A program made the translations under genes and the position numbers. From contig CBDHDG010000004.1 of assembly GCA_965261595.1 (NCBI GenBank), forward strand, positions 768,001-832,000: a stretch of 64,000 nt of DNA. The letters are read 5' to 3'. Shown piece by piece: positions 1-10,375 of the stretch. The stretch is from a bacterium (GTDB taxonomy: Bacteria > UBA8248 > JACPRG01 > G963555815). The notes under the pieces were generated by a model. The model saw nothing but the letters and a program-made list of their open reading frames with translations, was not told where the DNA came from and searched no databases. How positions within the stretch are numbered: position 1 is the stretch's first letter; the number at the start of each line of letters is the position of its first letter.

Positions 1-575
1 TGGCGTCCGAGGAATCGCTTCGCGCCCTGGGCATCCGCGTCCACCGGATCGGCCGGGGCGGGGACGTCACCTATCACGGGCCGGGACAGTTGGTGGGCTA
101 TCCTATCCTGGATCTTCGGGAGCGGGGCCGCGACGTTCACAAATATCTGCGCGACCTGGAAGAGGTGTTCATCCGGTGGCTGGCCCGGCGGGGGGAGGGG
201 GAGGAGGGGGGAGGAATTCCGGCCGGCCGCGTCCCGGGGGCCACCGGGGTGTGGGTGGACGGCAAGAAGATCACGGCCATCGGCGTCGGGGTCCGGCGGT
301 GGGTGACCCTTCATGGGTTCGCCTTCAACGTCAACCCGGATCTGTCGCGTTTCGACCTCATCCGGCCCTGCGGGTTCGAGGCCGAGCGCGTGACCTCCGT
401 CGAGCGGTTGACGGCGGCCGGAAGTCCCCCGCCGTCCCTCGAACGGCTGGCCGGGGAGATCGTCGAAGTCTTCGCCGAGGTGTTCGGCATGGCGCCGGTC
501 CAGGCTGAAGATGCGGACTGGGCGGCCCCGATCATCCCGGCGGAGCCCATCGCCGGCGAGACGGCCGCCCGTTAG
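1..575 (+). CDS. lipB: Lipoyl(octanoyl) transferase, 5'-truncated by window
   Basis: Frame open from window start reads RGGDVTYHGPGQLVGYPILDL ... KITAIGVGVRRWVTLHGFAFNV ... IRPCG, all LipB motifs. Confidence 0.95.
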   Translation, partial: ASEESLRALGIRVHRIGRGGDVTYHGPGQLVGYPILDLRERGRDVHKYLRDLEEVFIRWLARRGEGEEGGGIPAGRVPGATGVWVDGKKITAIGVGVRRWVTLHGFAFNVNPDLSRFDLIRPCGFEAERVTSVERLTAAGSPPPSLERLAGEIVEVFAEVFGMAPVQAEDADWAAPIIPAEPIAGETAAR

Positions 576-1110
576 TGTGGTGTCGCGAAGATACCTTGAA
601 TATTTCCTTCCACTCCATAAGGAGGGCGCCACTGGCGGTCTGCCTGCCAGCGCCTCCTTTTTCGAGGAATCCAATGGACATCCCGCCCGGAGACTGATTG
701 AACGAATTGCCGGGACGCGACGTTAGCTTGGGTTTTTCACATAAAGGCTGATCTTCTTTCACCCCTTCCACTGGATGTCGCACCGGCCACTTCCGCCTGA
801 ACGAGGTATGTGAGAAATGCGGGTCCCCGCACCCGCACACAAGAAAGTCCTGATCGGCCGACGGGAACGGGCGCCAACAACCTTCCACTCACCAACCCCG
901 CTCCCGTGTTAAATTGTCGGGGAGAGATGGAGGGCGGACCCAATCGCCCCCCCCCTCCCTTCCCCTCCCCCTCCCCCTCCCCCTCCTCTTCCAAGGTCCT
1001 GGGGTGAGGCGAACGCAATCTCGACCTTAACGCCCGGCGCGGGGGGGATCCTTCCCGACCCGGGGCCGTTCCATATCCATCGGCGGAGAGAAAAACAAGG
1101 TGTTGATAAG

Positions 1111-2034
1111 ATGATTCGGTCCTCATGGCAGCGCGCGTATAAAAGGAAATCTCGATCCGTCGGGCTTGCCCGCTGGATCCTGATCGGAGGAATCACGGCG
1201 GGCGTCCTGTGGGTTCTGGCCGCGGAGGCCCAGGGCCCGGCGTCGATTCGCGCGCCGCTCCTCGGGATCGAGGCGGCCGACTGGTTCGGGAAAATCTGGG
1301 GGCTCATCCGCCGCGGCGGGATGGTGATGTATCCCATCATCCTGTGTTCCATCCTCGCCCTGGGGGTGTTCCTCGAGCGTTCGGTCAGCCTGCGGAAAAA
1401 ACGCATCCTCAATCAAGACTTCATCTCGGGATTCCGGCGCCACTGGATCCGCCGGGACCTGGACCGCGCCCTGCGGCTCTGCAAAGAGCACGACATTTCG
1501 ATCTCCCGCGTCCTTCGGGCCGGTCTCCTTCGCCACCGGATTTCCATCGCGGACATGGAGCGCGCCATCGAGACCGCGGGCCAGCACGAGGTCTCCCTCC
1601 TCACGGCGAACCTTCGCACGCTCGGCGTGGTCGCCAACCTGGCCCCCATGCTGGGCCTCCTGGGGACGGTCATCGGGATGATCAAAGCGTTTTCCGTGAT
1701 CTCGCAGAGCGGCACGGGCAATCCGGGCCTGGTGGCCAGCGGGATCTCCGAGGCCCTGGTGACAACAGCGGCGGGCCTCATCGTCGGGATTCCCGCCCTG
1801 GCCGCGCACCACTATTTCCGCGCCAAGATCGACCGTTACGTCTATGAAATGGAGCACATCAGCCTCGAAATCCTGGAGGGGATGAGCCGGGAGGAATTCT
1901 CGAAAGCGGACGACTTCGCCCCGACGGCTTCCGCCGGGGAACGCGAAGGCCCCGCCGTGGACGCCCTCCACACCGAAGCGGGCGGCGCCCCCGAACCGGA
2001 AGCGCAACCCCCCGGGGAGGCGCCGCGGACGTGA
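1111..2034 (+). CDS. exbB: MotA/TolQ/ExbB proton channel family protein
   Basis: GGMVMYPI, APMLGLLGTVIGMIKAF, GISEALVTTAAGL motifs; true start may be downstream. Confidence 0.9.
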   Translation: MIRSSWQRAYKRKSRSVGLARWILIGGITAGVLWVLAAEAQGPASIRAPLLGIEAADWFGKIWGLIRRGGMVMYPIILCSILALGVFLERSVSLRKKRILNQDFISGFRRHWIRRDLDRALRLCKEHDISISRVLRAGLLRHRISIADMERAIETAGQHEVSLLTANLRTLGVVANLAPMLGLLGTVIGMIKAFSVISQSGTGNPGLVASGISEALVTTAAGLIVGIPALAAHHYFRAKIDRYVYEMEHISLEILEGMSREEFSKADDFAPTASAGEREGPAVDALHTEAGGAPEPEAQPPGEAPRT

Positions 2035-2435
2035 GGTTCGACACCCGCCCGGAAGAGGATTACAACCTTTCGCTGACCGCTCTCATCGACGTGGTCTTTC
2101 TCCTCCTGATCTTTTTCATGGTCTCCACCGCGTTCATCGATTTCAGCCGCCGGCTGGACATCCGGCTCCCCGAGGCCGGGGCGGGAACGGAGACCGGCGA
2201 GCGGATTCAGCAGGTTGTGGTCGAGGTCGGCCTCGAGGGCAGGATCACCCTCAACGGGAAGACCGTCACGCTCACCGCCCTGGAATCCGGGCTCAAGGCC
2301 GCGCGCGGCGCGTCCGAGCGGACGGCCGTCATCCGCGCGGACGAGCGGCTGCCCTACGGGCTGATCATCCGCATCCTGGGCATCTGCCGCGCCGCCGGCA
2401 TCTATGACGTCAGCGTCTCCGTCAAAAAACAGTAA
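2031..2435 (+). CDS. exbD: Biopolymer transporter ExbD/TolR
   Basis: LTALIDVVFLLLIFFMVST and IRAD motifs; GTGA overlap with exbB. Confidence 0.9.
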   Translation: MRFDTRPEEDYNLSLTALIDVVFLLLIFFMVSTAFIDFSRRLDIRLPEAGAGTETGERIQQVVVEVGLEGRITLNGKTVTLTALESGLKAARGASERTAVIRADERLPYGLIIRILGICRAAGIYDVSVSVKKQ

Positions 2436-2509
2436 CCGGTCCGGACGCGCCGCGTCCGAAATCAGCGGCTTCCCAGCTCCCTGAGCAGCCAAGGAGGGAT
2501 TTCAACCTG

Positions 2510-3172
2510 ATGGAGTGGACTCCGATTGACGAACACACGACGCGGATCTTCATGATCCGCCACGGCGAAGTCGAAAATCACGACCAGGGCGTCTTCAACG
2601 GCCAGCTCGACGTGGACATCACCCCCCGGGGCGTCGGGCACATGGAGCGGGCCGCCGAATTCCTGGCCGCCGGGGGGGGGGGAGGGGGGGGGGCGGGCGA
2701 GACAGGCGAGACGGGCGTCCGCCGCCTCTACTCCAGCGACCTCCTCCGGACGGTCCGGGGCGCGGCGATCATCTCCGAGCGGCTCGGGTTGAATGAAACG
2801 GCCCAAGCCGTCCCGGACATCCGGGAGATTCACCTGGGGGAGTGGCAGGGGCTCTCGTTCGAGGAGGTGGATGATCGTTTCCCCGGGATGCGGGAAACCC
2901 GCCACGCGGATATCATGAACTACCGGATTCCCGGCTCCGAAACGGTGGCCGAGCTCTCAGCCCGGGTCGTCCTGGCCGTTGAGGAGATCGCCGGACGCCA
3001 CCGGGGGGAAAGCGTGGCGATTGTGGCCCACGCGGGTCCCAACCGGACGGTCCTCTGTCACGCCCTGGGCGTCCCGCTCAAGCGTATCTTCCACATCCAT
3101 CAGGACTACGGGGCGATCAACGTCCTCGATTTATCGGCCGAAGGGGCCGTGGTTCGGCTGATGAACGGGTGA
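2510..3172 (+). CDS. Histidine phosphatase (phosphoglycerate mutase/CobC-like)
   Basis: IRHGE, SSDLLR, REIHLGEWQG, VAHAG motifs. Confidence 0.9.
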   Translation: MEWTPIDEHTTRIFMIRHGEVENHDQGVFNGQLDVDITPRGVGHMERAAEFLAAGGGGGGGAGETGETGVRRLYSSDLLRTVRGAAIISERLGLNETAQAVPDIREIHLGEWQGLSFEEVDDRFPGMRETRHADIMNYRIPGSETVAELSARVVLAVEEIAGRHRGESVAIVAHAGPNRTVLCHALGVPLKRIFHIHQDYGAINVLDLSAEGAVVRLMNG

Positions 3173-3358
3173 AACCGGGGCGCGTTCGGCCTGGTGAAAA
3201 CCGCCCGGACGAATCCCTCTCAAGCGCGCCATTCCAGCGAGCCGGCCCTTTCGTGACATCTTGACACCCCCGCGCGGTCCTCTTTAGGATTGTGAGCCGT
3301 ATCGCAAACGACGGGGATCGCCCCCGGTGAAATCCTTCCCGCCTCAAGGACCCTTTCG

Positions 3359-4513
3359 ATGACTGACTGGATGCTTCAGCTCACGGTGATTCTGATCGGC
3401 GCCTTGGCCGCCGCGGAGCTCATGCGCGTCCTGAAGCTGTCCTCCGTCCTGGGCGAGCTGACCATCGGCATCGTCCTGGGCGGCTCGGTCCTGGGCTGGC
3501 TGCCGGAATCCCACCTCCTCGAGGTGTTGGCCGAGCTCGGCGTCATCTTCATGATCTTCATGGTCGGCCTCGAGACCCAGTTCGCGCACCTCAAGGCGGT
3601 CGGCCGGGAGGCGCTTCTGATCGCGATGTTCGGGGTGGCGGTTCCCTTTCTGGGCGGATACGGCCTCGGCGTGGCCTTCGACTACAACCTCCAGACCTCC
3701 CTCTTTCTGGGCACGATCCTCGCGGCCACGAGCGTGGCCGTCACCGCACGGGTCTTCATGGAGATGGGCAAGGCCAAAACTTCCGTCTCCCAGACCATCC
3801 TGGCCGCGGCGGTCATCGACGACGTCCTGAGTCTCCTCGTCCTGACCGTGGTTCTCGCCACAACGGGCGCCGGAGGGGACGTGTCCGTGGGCTGGGCGGT
3901 GTCGAAGATCATGATTTTCCTGGTTGTGGTCTTCCCGTTCTTCTGGTGGTGGGTCCCGAAAGTCATCGACTCCGTCAAGCGATACGGCGGGGAGCGCACC
4001 ACCCTGGCGTTCGTCATCAGCCTGCTGTTTCTGTTCTCCTACCTGTCGCACGCCTCCGGGCTGGCGACGATCGTCGGCGCGTTCCTGATCGGGATGATCC
4101 TGGCCGAGACCAAGGTGCACCTCGAGATCATGGATCAGGTCCGGCCCATCTACGTGTTTCTGGCGCCGGTCTTCTTCGTGGTCACGGGGGCGCAGGTCCA
4201 CATGGGCCTGCTCTCGAAGGTCCTTGGGTTCACCGTCCTGCTGACGGGGGTGGCGATCATGACCAAGTGGATTGGCTCGCTCGCCGGCGGGGCGATCTGC
4301 AAGATGAATTTCAAAAAAGGAACGCTCATCGGCGTGGGGATGATCCCCCGGGGCGAGGTGGGGCTGATCGTCGCCCTCATCGGCCTGAAAGCCGGGGTTC
4401 TCACCCAGGAGGTCTTTGCCGCCTCGGCCATCATGTGCCTGGCGACGACGTTCGTCGTGCCCCTGCTGCTGAAGTGGCTGGTCGGCCGGTTCCCGTTGGA
4501 GATGGAGGGCTGA
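3359..4513 (+). CDS. Cation:proton antiporter (CPA2 family)
   Basis: Multi-TM; ATSVAVT, AAVIDD, GMIPRGEV motifs. Confidence 0.9.
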   Translation: MTDWMLQLTVILIGALAAAELMRVLKLSSVLGELTIGIVLGGSVLGWLPESHLLEVLAELGVIFMIFMVGLETQFAHLKAVGREALLIAMFGVAVPFLGGYGLGVAFDYNLQTSLFLGTILAATSVAVTARVFMEMGKAKTSVSQTILAAAVIDDVLSLLVLTVVLATTGAGGDVSVGWAVSKIMIFLVVVFPFFWWWVPKVIDSVKRYGGERTTLAFVISLLFLFSYLSHASGLATIVGAFLIGMILAETKVHLEIMDQVRPIYVFLAPVFFVVTGAQVHMGLLSKVLGFTVLLTGVAIMTKWIGSLAGGAICKMNFKKGTLIGVGMIPRGEVGLIVALIGLKAGVLTQEVFAASAIMCLATTFVVPLLLKWLVGRFPLEMEG

Positions 4514-4514
4514 C

Positions 4515-4928
4515 ATGAAGGTCAAGGACGTCTTTCAGACCCTCACAAAAGGGGCCGACGTGGTGCGGGAAACCGATCCGATCCCCGAGGTGATCCGCAA
4601 GGTCGCCCAAAACATCGCGACCCGGTCGGTGTTCGTCGTGGACGACGGGGAAAAGCTCGTGGGGATCATCAACGTCCGGGACCTCCTGCGCGTCGTGGGC
4701 GCAAGATTCCTCAACCGGGAAACGCTGACCGTGATCCCTTACCTGACCGCCCGGAAGGCTTCGGACATCATGCAGCCGCCCTACTCGGTCGGTCCAGACG
4801 ACGAGATCGAAGAGGGCCTCCGCCTCGTTGTGCAGCACGACCTCAAAGACATCCCCGTCGTGGAAGGCGGCAAGGTCGTAGGCGATCTCAACTGCTTCGA
4901 GATCCTCCTGAACGTCAAGAACGAATAG
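4515..4928 (+). CDS. CBS domain protein
   Basis: Two CBS repeats (VFVVDDGEKLVGII; IPVVEGGKVVG); directly follows the antiporter. Confidence 0.85.
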   Translation: MKVKDVFQTLTKGADVVRETDPIPEVIRKVAQNIATRSVFVVDDGEKLVGIINVRDLLRVVGARFLNRETLTVIPYLTARKASDIMQPPYSVGPDDEIEEGLRLVVQHDLKDIPVVEGGKVVGDLNCFEILLNVKNE

Positions 4929-5013
4929 TCCGGAGCTCCGGTCCCCCTCGCGCCCCGCCCCCCCGCCCGGCCCGCATCCTTCATAACCCGTCCACTTCGG
5001 CGTCGGACGACGA

Positions 5014-6093
5014 TCACCCCTTCTCCGACGCCCCGAATGCCGCCCAGACGGCCTCGATGACCCGCGGGACCTCCCCGTCGCTCAGGGCGGGATAACAGGG
5101 AATCGACACCGCTTCGCGAACGGCCACGTCCGTCCTCGGAAACCCCTTGATCCCCAAGATCCGGTGAATGGGCCGGTCAACGGGCCTCCGGGCGATCACC
5201 CCCCTGCCCTTCAGGAACCGGAGGACGCCCGCCCCCCCCCCCCCCGGCTTGCCTGTCACTCGGACCACGTACCGGTGATAGACATGCCGCCCGCCCGGCG
5301 GATCGGCCGGAAGGGTGAGCGGGAGATCGCCGAACGCCCGGTGATAACGCGCCGCGATCCGCCGCCGGATGAAGGACTCGAGTTTCTTGAGCTGGGACCG
5401 GCCCAGGGCGGCGTGGAGGTCGCTCATTTTGTAGTTGAACCGGAGCCGGGCGTCGGGGGGCTCGTCGTAGGACCGCAGATCCCGGGCGACCCTCAGGATC
5501 CCCGCCCGGTCGGAGACGACCATCCCGCCCTCGCCCGCCGCCGCCATTTTGGTGGCGTAAAAAGAGCAGACCACCGCGCGTCCCACTCGCCCGACGGGGC
5601 CTTTCCCCCGCCGCGCCCCCAAAGACTGGGCCAGGTCCTCCACCACGGGAAGTCCCAGGGCGCGGACGCCGCTCAGGTCTATCGGCTCGCCGAAGGGGTG
5701 GGGGAAAAGGACAGCGCGGGTTCTCCGGTTCGCCGCGCGGTCGATCTCCTCGGGACCCGGGTGAAACCGGCCCTCGGCCAGGTCGGCGAGCCGGGGGACC
5801 GCCCCGACGAACCGGACGGCCTGGAGCAGCGCGCCGCAAACGTAGCTGGGGATCACGACGCCGTCCCCCCGGCCCACGCCCAGGGCCAGCAGGACGAGAT
5901 GCAGGGCGGCGGTCCCGGAGCTTCTCGCGACCCCGCCCCGCAGCCCGAGACGCCGGGCGACATCCCCTTCGAACCGCTCCACCTCCGGCCCCGCGGCCAC
6001 CTGGCCGCTCCGAAGGGTCCGCAGGACGGCCCGCTCATCGTCCGGACCGAAGACCGGCCGGGAGTGGGCGACGGGGGCGCGTCCGGCCGCCAT
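5014..6093 (-). CDS. DegT/DnrJ/EryC1/StrS aminotransferase
   Basis: SSGTAALHL, VVEDLAQSLG, SFYATK, GEGGM, FNYKMSDL motifs. Confidence 0.92.
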   Translation of the reverse strand: MAAGRAPVAHSRPVFGPDDERAVLRTLRSGQVAAGPEVERFEGDVARRLGLRGGVARSSGTAALHLVLLALGVGRGDGVVIPSYVCGALLQAVRFVGAVPRLADLAEGRFHPGPEEIDRAANRRTRAVLFPHPFGEPIDLSGVRALGLPVVEDLAQSLGARRGKGPVGRVGRAVVCSFYATKMAAAGEGGMVVSDRAGILRVARDLRSYDEPPDARLRFNYKMSDLHAALGRSQLKKLESFIRRRIAARYHRAFGDLPLTLPADPPGGRHVYHRYVVRVTGKPGGGGAGVLRFLKGRGVIARRPVDRPIHRILGIKGFPRTDVAVREAVSIPCYPALSDGEVPRVIEAVWAAFGASEKG

Positions 6094-6096
6094 GGC

Positions 6097-6735
6097 TCAG
6101 GAACCGGACGTGGAGAGAGCGGGGATCGCCTGCAGGACACGCAAAGGAACAAACCTTTCGGCCAGTTGGATGTGGACCTGCGTGCCCCGAAACTGGGCCG
6201 TCGCCAGGGCCACGTCCACGATGGTCAGACTCTCAATCTTCGTGCGCGTCACCTGGGAGGCGTGGGCGTTGAGGGCCGAGAGCTTCTTGGAGAAGGTGGA
6301 GGAGATATCCACGAAAACCGACGGATGGAAATCCCGCGTGCTCGGTCCTTCGTAGAACAGGACGTTGGGCACGAAGCGGGTGGCGGAGATCGCGGCGTCG
6401 CAAAGGTTCCGGTGGTCCTGGTGGGTGTCCTGACCGTAATGGATGAAAACGATTTCCGGCCGGACCTGATTGAGGAGGTTCTCGATGCGGGTGATGAGGG
6501 ACTTATCGACGGGGATCTTGGTGTCTTCGTAGTCCCCGACAAACAACTCCTTCGCCTCCAGGATCTCGGCCGCCTTTTCCTGCTCGGCGTTGCGGACCTC
6601 GGCGTCGCCTCCCGAGGCGCCGGTGGTGAGAACAAACAGGTAGACATTGTGGCCCGCCCCGCTGTAGCGCGACAGGGCCCCGCCGCACCCGAACTCGATG
6701 TCGTCCGGATGGGAGCCGATCGCCAAAATGTTCAT
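6097..6735 (-). CDS. PIG-L family deacetylase
   Basis: GSHPDDIEFGCGG and HQDH motifs. Confidence 0.92.
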   Translation of the reverse strand: MNILAIGSHPDDIEFGCGGALSRYSGAGHNVYLFVLTTGASGGDAEVRNAEQEKAAEILEAKELFVGDYEDTKIPVDKSLITRIENLLNQVRPEIVFIHYGQDTHQDHRNLCDAAISATRFVPNVLFYEGPSTRDFHPSVFVDISSTFSKKLSALNAHASQVTRTKIESLTIVDVALATAQFRGTQVHIQLAERFVPLRVLQAIPALSTSGS

Positions 6736-7427
6736 GATTCCTGCCTCTCCGCAAAGAAGGAGCGCGACGCGGCGGGACCGCGGTGAAAGAAGTAATCGAT
6801 GGCCGACAAATTCGGGATGAACTCCCCGAAGACCTGATCATACCGGGGACACTCGAATTTTTGAAACCGGACCTCGATGCGGGCCTCCTCGAAGGCCGGC
6901 AGGTCCATGTAGTCCGCGCCGCCCGCCCCGGCCAGGTAGGTGTCGGCCTCCAAGGCCCGGCACGCCTCGATGAGGCGGCGGCTCGGGTCCGCCGGCAGAG
7001 AAAACTCCGAGGCCAAACGTAGCGGCGTCACGATGCCCCCCATCTCCAGAAAGGCCCGGATGACCCTGAGGTTGAGCGCCTAAAGCCATTCCCATCCTCG
7101 CGGGTCCTCCCAGATAAACGAAACCGCCGCCATCACCTCATCGAAGTGAGGGGTCCGGGCGTAGGAGGACACGAGGGCCTCCCGGTGTTTGCGTCTCCAG
7201 GGGGCGCCGCGATCGACGCCCACCTCCCGAATCCGCTCGGGAAACCGGTAGGTCACCGGAACGGTCACCCACTGCCAGCCCTCGGCCGATTTGATCCGGT
7301 TGCGGTTCTGCCATTCGTTCTTCTTGTACTGAACGTCATCCAGGATCAGAAACACGTCGGCGCCCGCGATTTTGTGCAGATACCCCAGCCAGGGAAGGTA
7401 TTGGGGCTGGTGGGCCGCAAGGATCAT
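6732..7427 (-). pseudogene. WbqC family protein with one in-frame TAG (7080-7082); pseudogene or sequencing error
   Basis: HQPQYLPWLGY...WQNRNRIK N-terminus and YLAGAGG..Y / NLSAIDYFF C-terminus share one frame: WEWL*ALNLRVI. Confidence 0.85.
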
Positions 7428-8989
7428 GGGGCGGGTCCGCTTCGGGCGGCGGCCGAATACTTCACAAAAACCGGATTGGTCAAAATCCGCGCGCCCGACG
7501 GCCCCCAAACCTCCAGCCGATAGTAACGGGTCTTTCCCGGAGCGGCGAAGTCGTCGGCGAAGGATTCCTCCAACGGCGTCGCCCCATCGAAGGTCTTGAT
7601 GGTCCGGCCCTGCCGGATGATCCGGACGGTGACTCGCCTCGGGCCCAGGTCGCCGGCGGTGATTTGAAAGCTCACGGTCACCGGACCGGGCGAGTCCAGC
7701 GTATGGCCCGGAACGGCCTCGATGGCCGCCAGCCCCCGGGGAGTGACGGAAAACCGGCTGAGCTCCAGGCGGACCCCGTCGCCCTCGCGCAGGGCGTACA
7801 TCCGTCCCCCGCGAAAGGCGTCCAGGACCGCGGCCTGGGACCTCTCTTCCAGATAAAGGACGGTTTGAACCTTGATGGAAAACGCTCCCCCCCGCTCCCC
7901 GGCCGTCGCCCCGCCGTCGCCCCGGATCCTTTCGGCGGCGCCGAAGATCCAGGGAGGCCGGCCGCGTCGGCCCTCTGTGAAATCACCGAGCATCTTGTCC
8001 CAGACACCGCCGGGCGCCGTCGGAGCGGGGCGGCCCGCGGTGAAGGCGTCGAAGGCGGTGTAACCCCAGGTGCTCTCCAAAAGGTCCGGATGGGGGCGGG
8101 AGACCAGCCGCGCCGTCCCCGCCTTTTCGTCCCGGCCCTCTCCGACTTCCCCCGGCCACAGGGTGACGCCGCCGCGGGCGTTGACAAAATCGATGAGGAA
8201 CTGGTACGGCAGCGCGCCCTGATCCCCGTGGTAGGCGTCGAAGGGAGAGGTGGAGAACGGGTGGTGATTCACGGCGGACAGGCCTCCCGCCATGAAAACC
8301 AGGAAAGCCAGCACGCGCCGCCTCCTGAACCCGAAGAAGAGGATCAATCCGATAAGCGCCGCCCCCAGGAAAAAGGCCGTCCCGATCCAAAGCCCGCGGG
8401 CGTAGAGCAGGGTGTAGCCGCCGTGGATCTCCGGGAGATTCTCGAAGGCCCCCGGCCGGTTATTCATGCCGAAGACCATCATCCGGGCGTGCCACTGACG
8501 CGCGGTGAGGTCGCCCTGAAACGGGCTGCCTGTCCAGTAGTAGAAGGGCGTCGTCGTGACGCCGGGGATGATGACGGTGCGGGGGTGCTTTTCATCGGCG
8601 GCCAGGACGGTCCTCAAGTAAGACGGAACCCCGCTCGTGTAAACCGACGGGAATTCCTGCTTCTTGCGCAGCAGGTTGCGAAATGGCGGCAGCCCCCAGG
8701 ACAGGGAGAGACGGTGATGGTCGGCGAACAGGATCGGTGAAATCCCCAACCGCTGCGCTTTTGCGCTTAAAGCCTCGACGGATTCGCCTTCTCCGCTGAA
8801 GTTGGAGCGAACCCCGACCCACGCCCGGTAACGCTGAGCCTTCCGGGCTTCGGCCTCCGCCGGGAGCGGCGCGAAGCACGCGAAAACGAGCAGCGGGACC
8901 GCGATCCACCCGAAGACCGCCGGCCGCGGACGGCCGTTCCGCCCCCGGCGTTCTTTACCCCCGACCCTCCGGCGCCCCCCTCGCATCAT
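7424..8989 (-). CDS. Membrane-anchored protein with PHP-like features, function unknown
   Basis: 521-aa ORF; signal-like N-terminus, ILFADHH and IIPGV, internal TM hairpin, C-terminal RYYRLEV..TNPVFV; overlaps both neighbours. Confidence 0.6.
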   Translation of the reverse strand: MMRGGRRRVGGKERRGRNGRPRPAVFGWIAVPLLVFACFAPLPAEAEARKAQRYRAWVGVRSNFSGEGESVEALSAKAQRLGISPILFADHHRLSLSWGLPPFRNLLRKKQEFPSVYTSGVPSYLRTVLAADEKHPRTVIIPGVTTTPFYYWTGSPFQGDLTARQWHARMMVFGMNNRPGAFENLPEIHGGYTLLYARGLWIGTAFFLGAALIGLILFFGFRRRRVLAFLVFMAGGLSAVNHHPFSTSPFDAYHGDQGALPYQFLIDFVNARGGVTLWPGEVGEGRDEKAGTARLVSRPHPDLLESTWGYTAFDAFTAGRPAPTAPGGVWDKMLGDFTEGRRGRPPWIFGAAERIRGDGGATAGERGGAFSIKVQTVLYLEERSQAAVLDAFRGGRMYALREGDGVRLELSRFSVTPRGLAAIEAVPGHTLDSPGPVTVSFQITAGDLGPRRVTVRIIRQGRTIKTFDGATPLEESFADDFAAPGKTRYYRLEVWGPSGARILTNPVFVKYSAAARSGPAP

Positions 8990-10170
8990 GCGACCCGCTC
9001 CCGAACCAGATCCCGGTACAGGTCGCTCAACTGGTTATTCATCTTCTCCACCGTGTACGCCGCCGATTTCTCCCGGGACCGCTCCCCCATGGACCGCAGC
9101 CGCCCGCGATCATCCAGCATGCGGGAGACCGCCGCCGCCAGGGCGTCCGGCGCCCCGGCCGGGACCAAACAGCCGGAAACGCCCTCTTCCACCATGTCCG
9201 GCAAGCCGCCCACATTCGTCGCGACGACAGGAAGCCCCGAGGCCATGCCTCGACCAGCGCCCGGCCCATCCCATCGTTCAGCGAGCAAAGCACAAAGACA
9301 TCCAGGGCGTTCAGGAGCTCCGGAACGTCCGACTCCCATCCCAGAAACCGGATGCGTCCTTCCAACCCGAGGTCGCGGGTTTGCGCCTCCAGCTTCCCCT
9401 TCAGCCCGCCGTCGCCGATCAGAAGCACGACAAGGTCCGGGTGGCGGTCCACGAGGATCTTCGCGGCCACGATGAGCGTCCGCTGGTCCTTGACGGCGGT
9501 GAGTCTGCCCACCGTGCCGAGGACGGGCGCCTCCGGCGGAATTCCCAGCCGCTCCCGCACCTGCTCTTCCGCGGCCGGAGTCCGGGAAGAAGTTCTCCAG
9601 CGGAATGCCCGAGGGGATGACGCTGTATTGCTCGGGCAGACCCACGCCGAGGCCGAGGTGCTCGCGGCGGCCGCGTTCGGTCAGGGTGATGATCCGGTCG
9701 GTGAATCGGGCGCACCATCGCTCCAACGTCAGAAAGAGACGGGTCACGACGGGACCGAAGTATCCGTAGAAGACGTGTCCGTGGGGCGTGTGGATGATGA
9801 CGGGCGCCCCGGCCCACCGGGTGGCCACCCGGCCGACAATTCCGGCCTTCGAGGAATGGGTGTGAACGATATCGAACCGGCGGGCTTTGAGGAAGCGATA
9901 GATTCCGGTCACGGCGCGAACGTCCTTCGCGGGCCGAATCGACCGCACCAAGCAGGGGAGAGAGACAATTTCGATCCCTTCGTCCCGGGCTCGCCGCTCC
10001 AAGGGGCTCGCCGGCTCTCCAGGCTCTCCCGGGCCCTTCAAAACACAGGCCCGAATCCCTTTGCCCTCAAGGCCGAGAACGGTGAGCAGGGTGTTGTCCG
10101 AGGAACCGCCCCGATCCAGCCGGGTGATGATGTGACAAATCCTGACGATGCCGTCTCTGGATTCGGCCAA
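8986..10170 (-). pseudogene. Glycosyltransferase family 4 with compensating frameshifts (approx. 9575 and 9245)
   Basis: HIITRLDRGG, VHTHSSKAG in one frame; VGRLTAVKDQ..DVFVLCSLNDGMGRALVEA in a second; MASGLPVVATNVGG back in the first. Confidence 0.85.
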
Positions 10171-10375
10171 TGGAAAGAAGGTTCCAAAACGGAAGGGACC
10201 GTTTCTGTCCCCGGGAGCCCGAGGTCCGCCAGTAAACCGCTTTTCACACCCGGAATCGTATCAAATCGGGGTCGGACCATCAACCAAAAATCCGGTGCGA
10301 GGCGCCGGCGAACGCGAGGCGGGGGGGGGAAGACGGGGAGTCGAAGTTTTCGCCCCTCCCCTCCCCGGATCGCCC

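Noticed and set aside
576..900. IS remnant or small CDS after lipB
   Set aside because: No matching inverted end, target duplication or transposase motif found.
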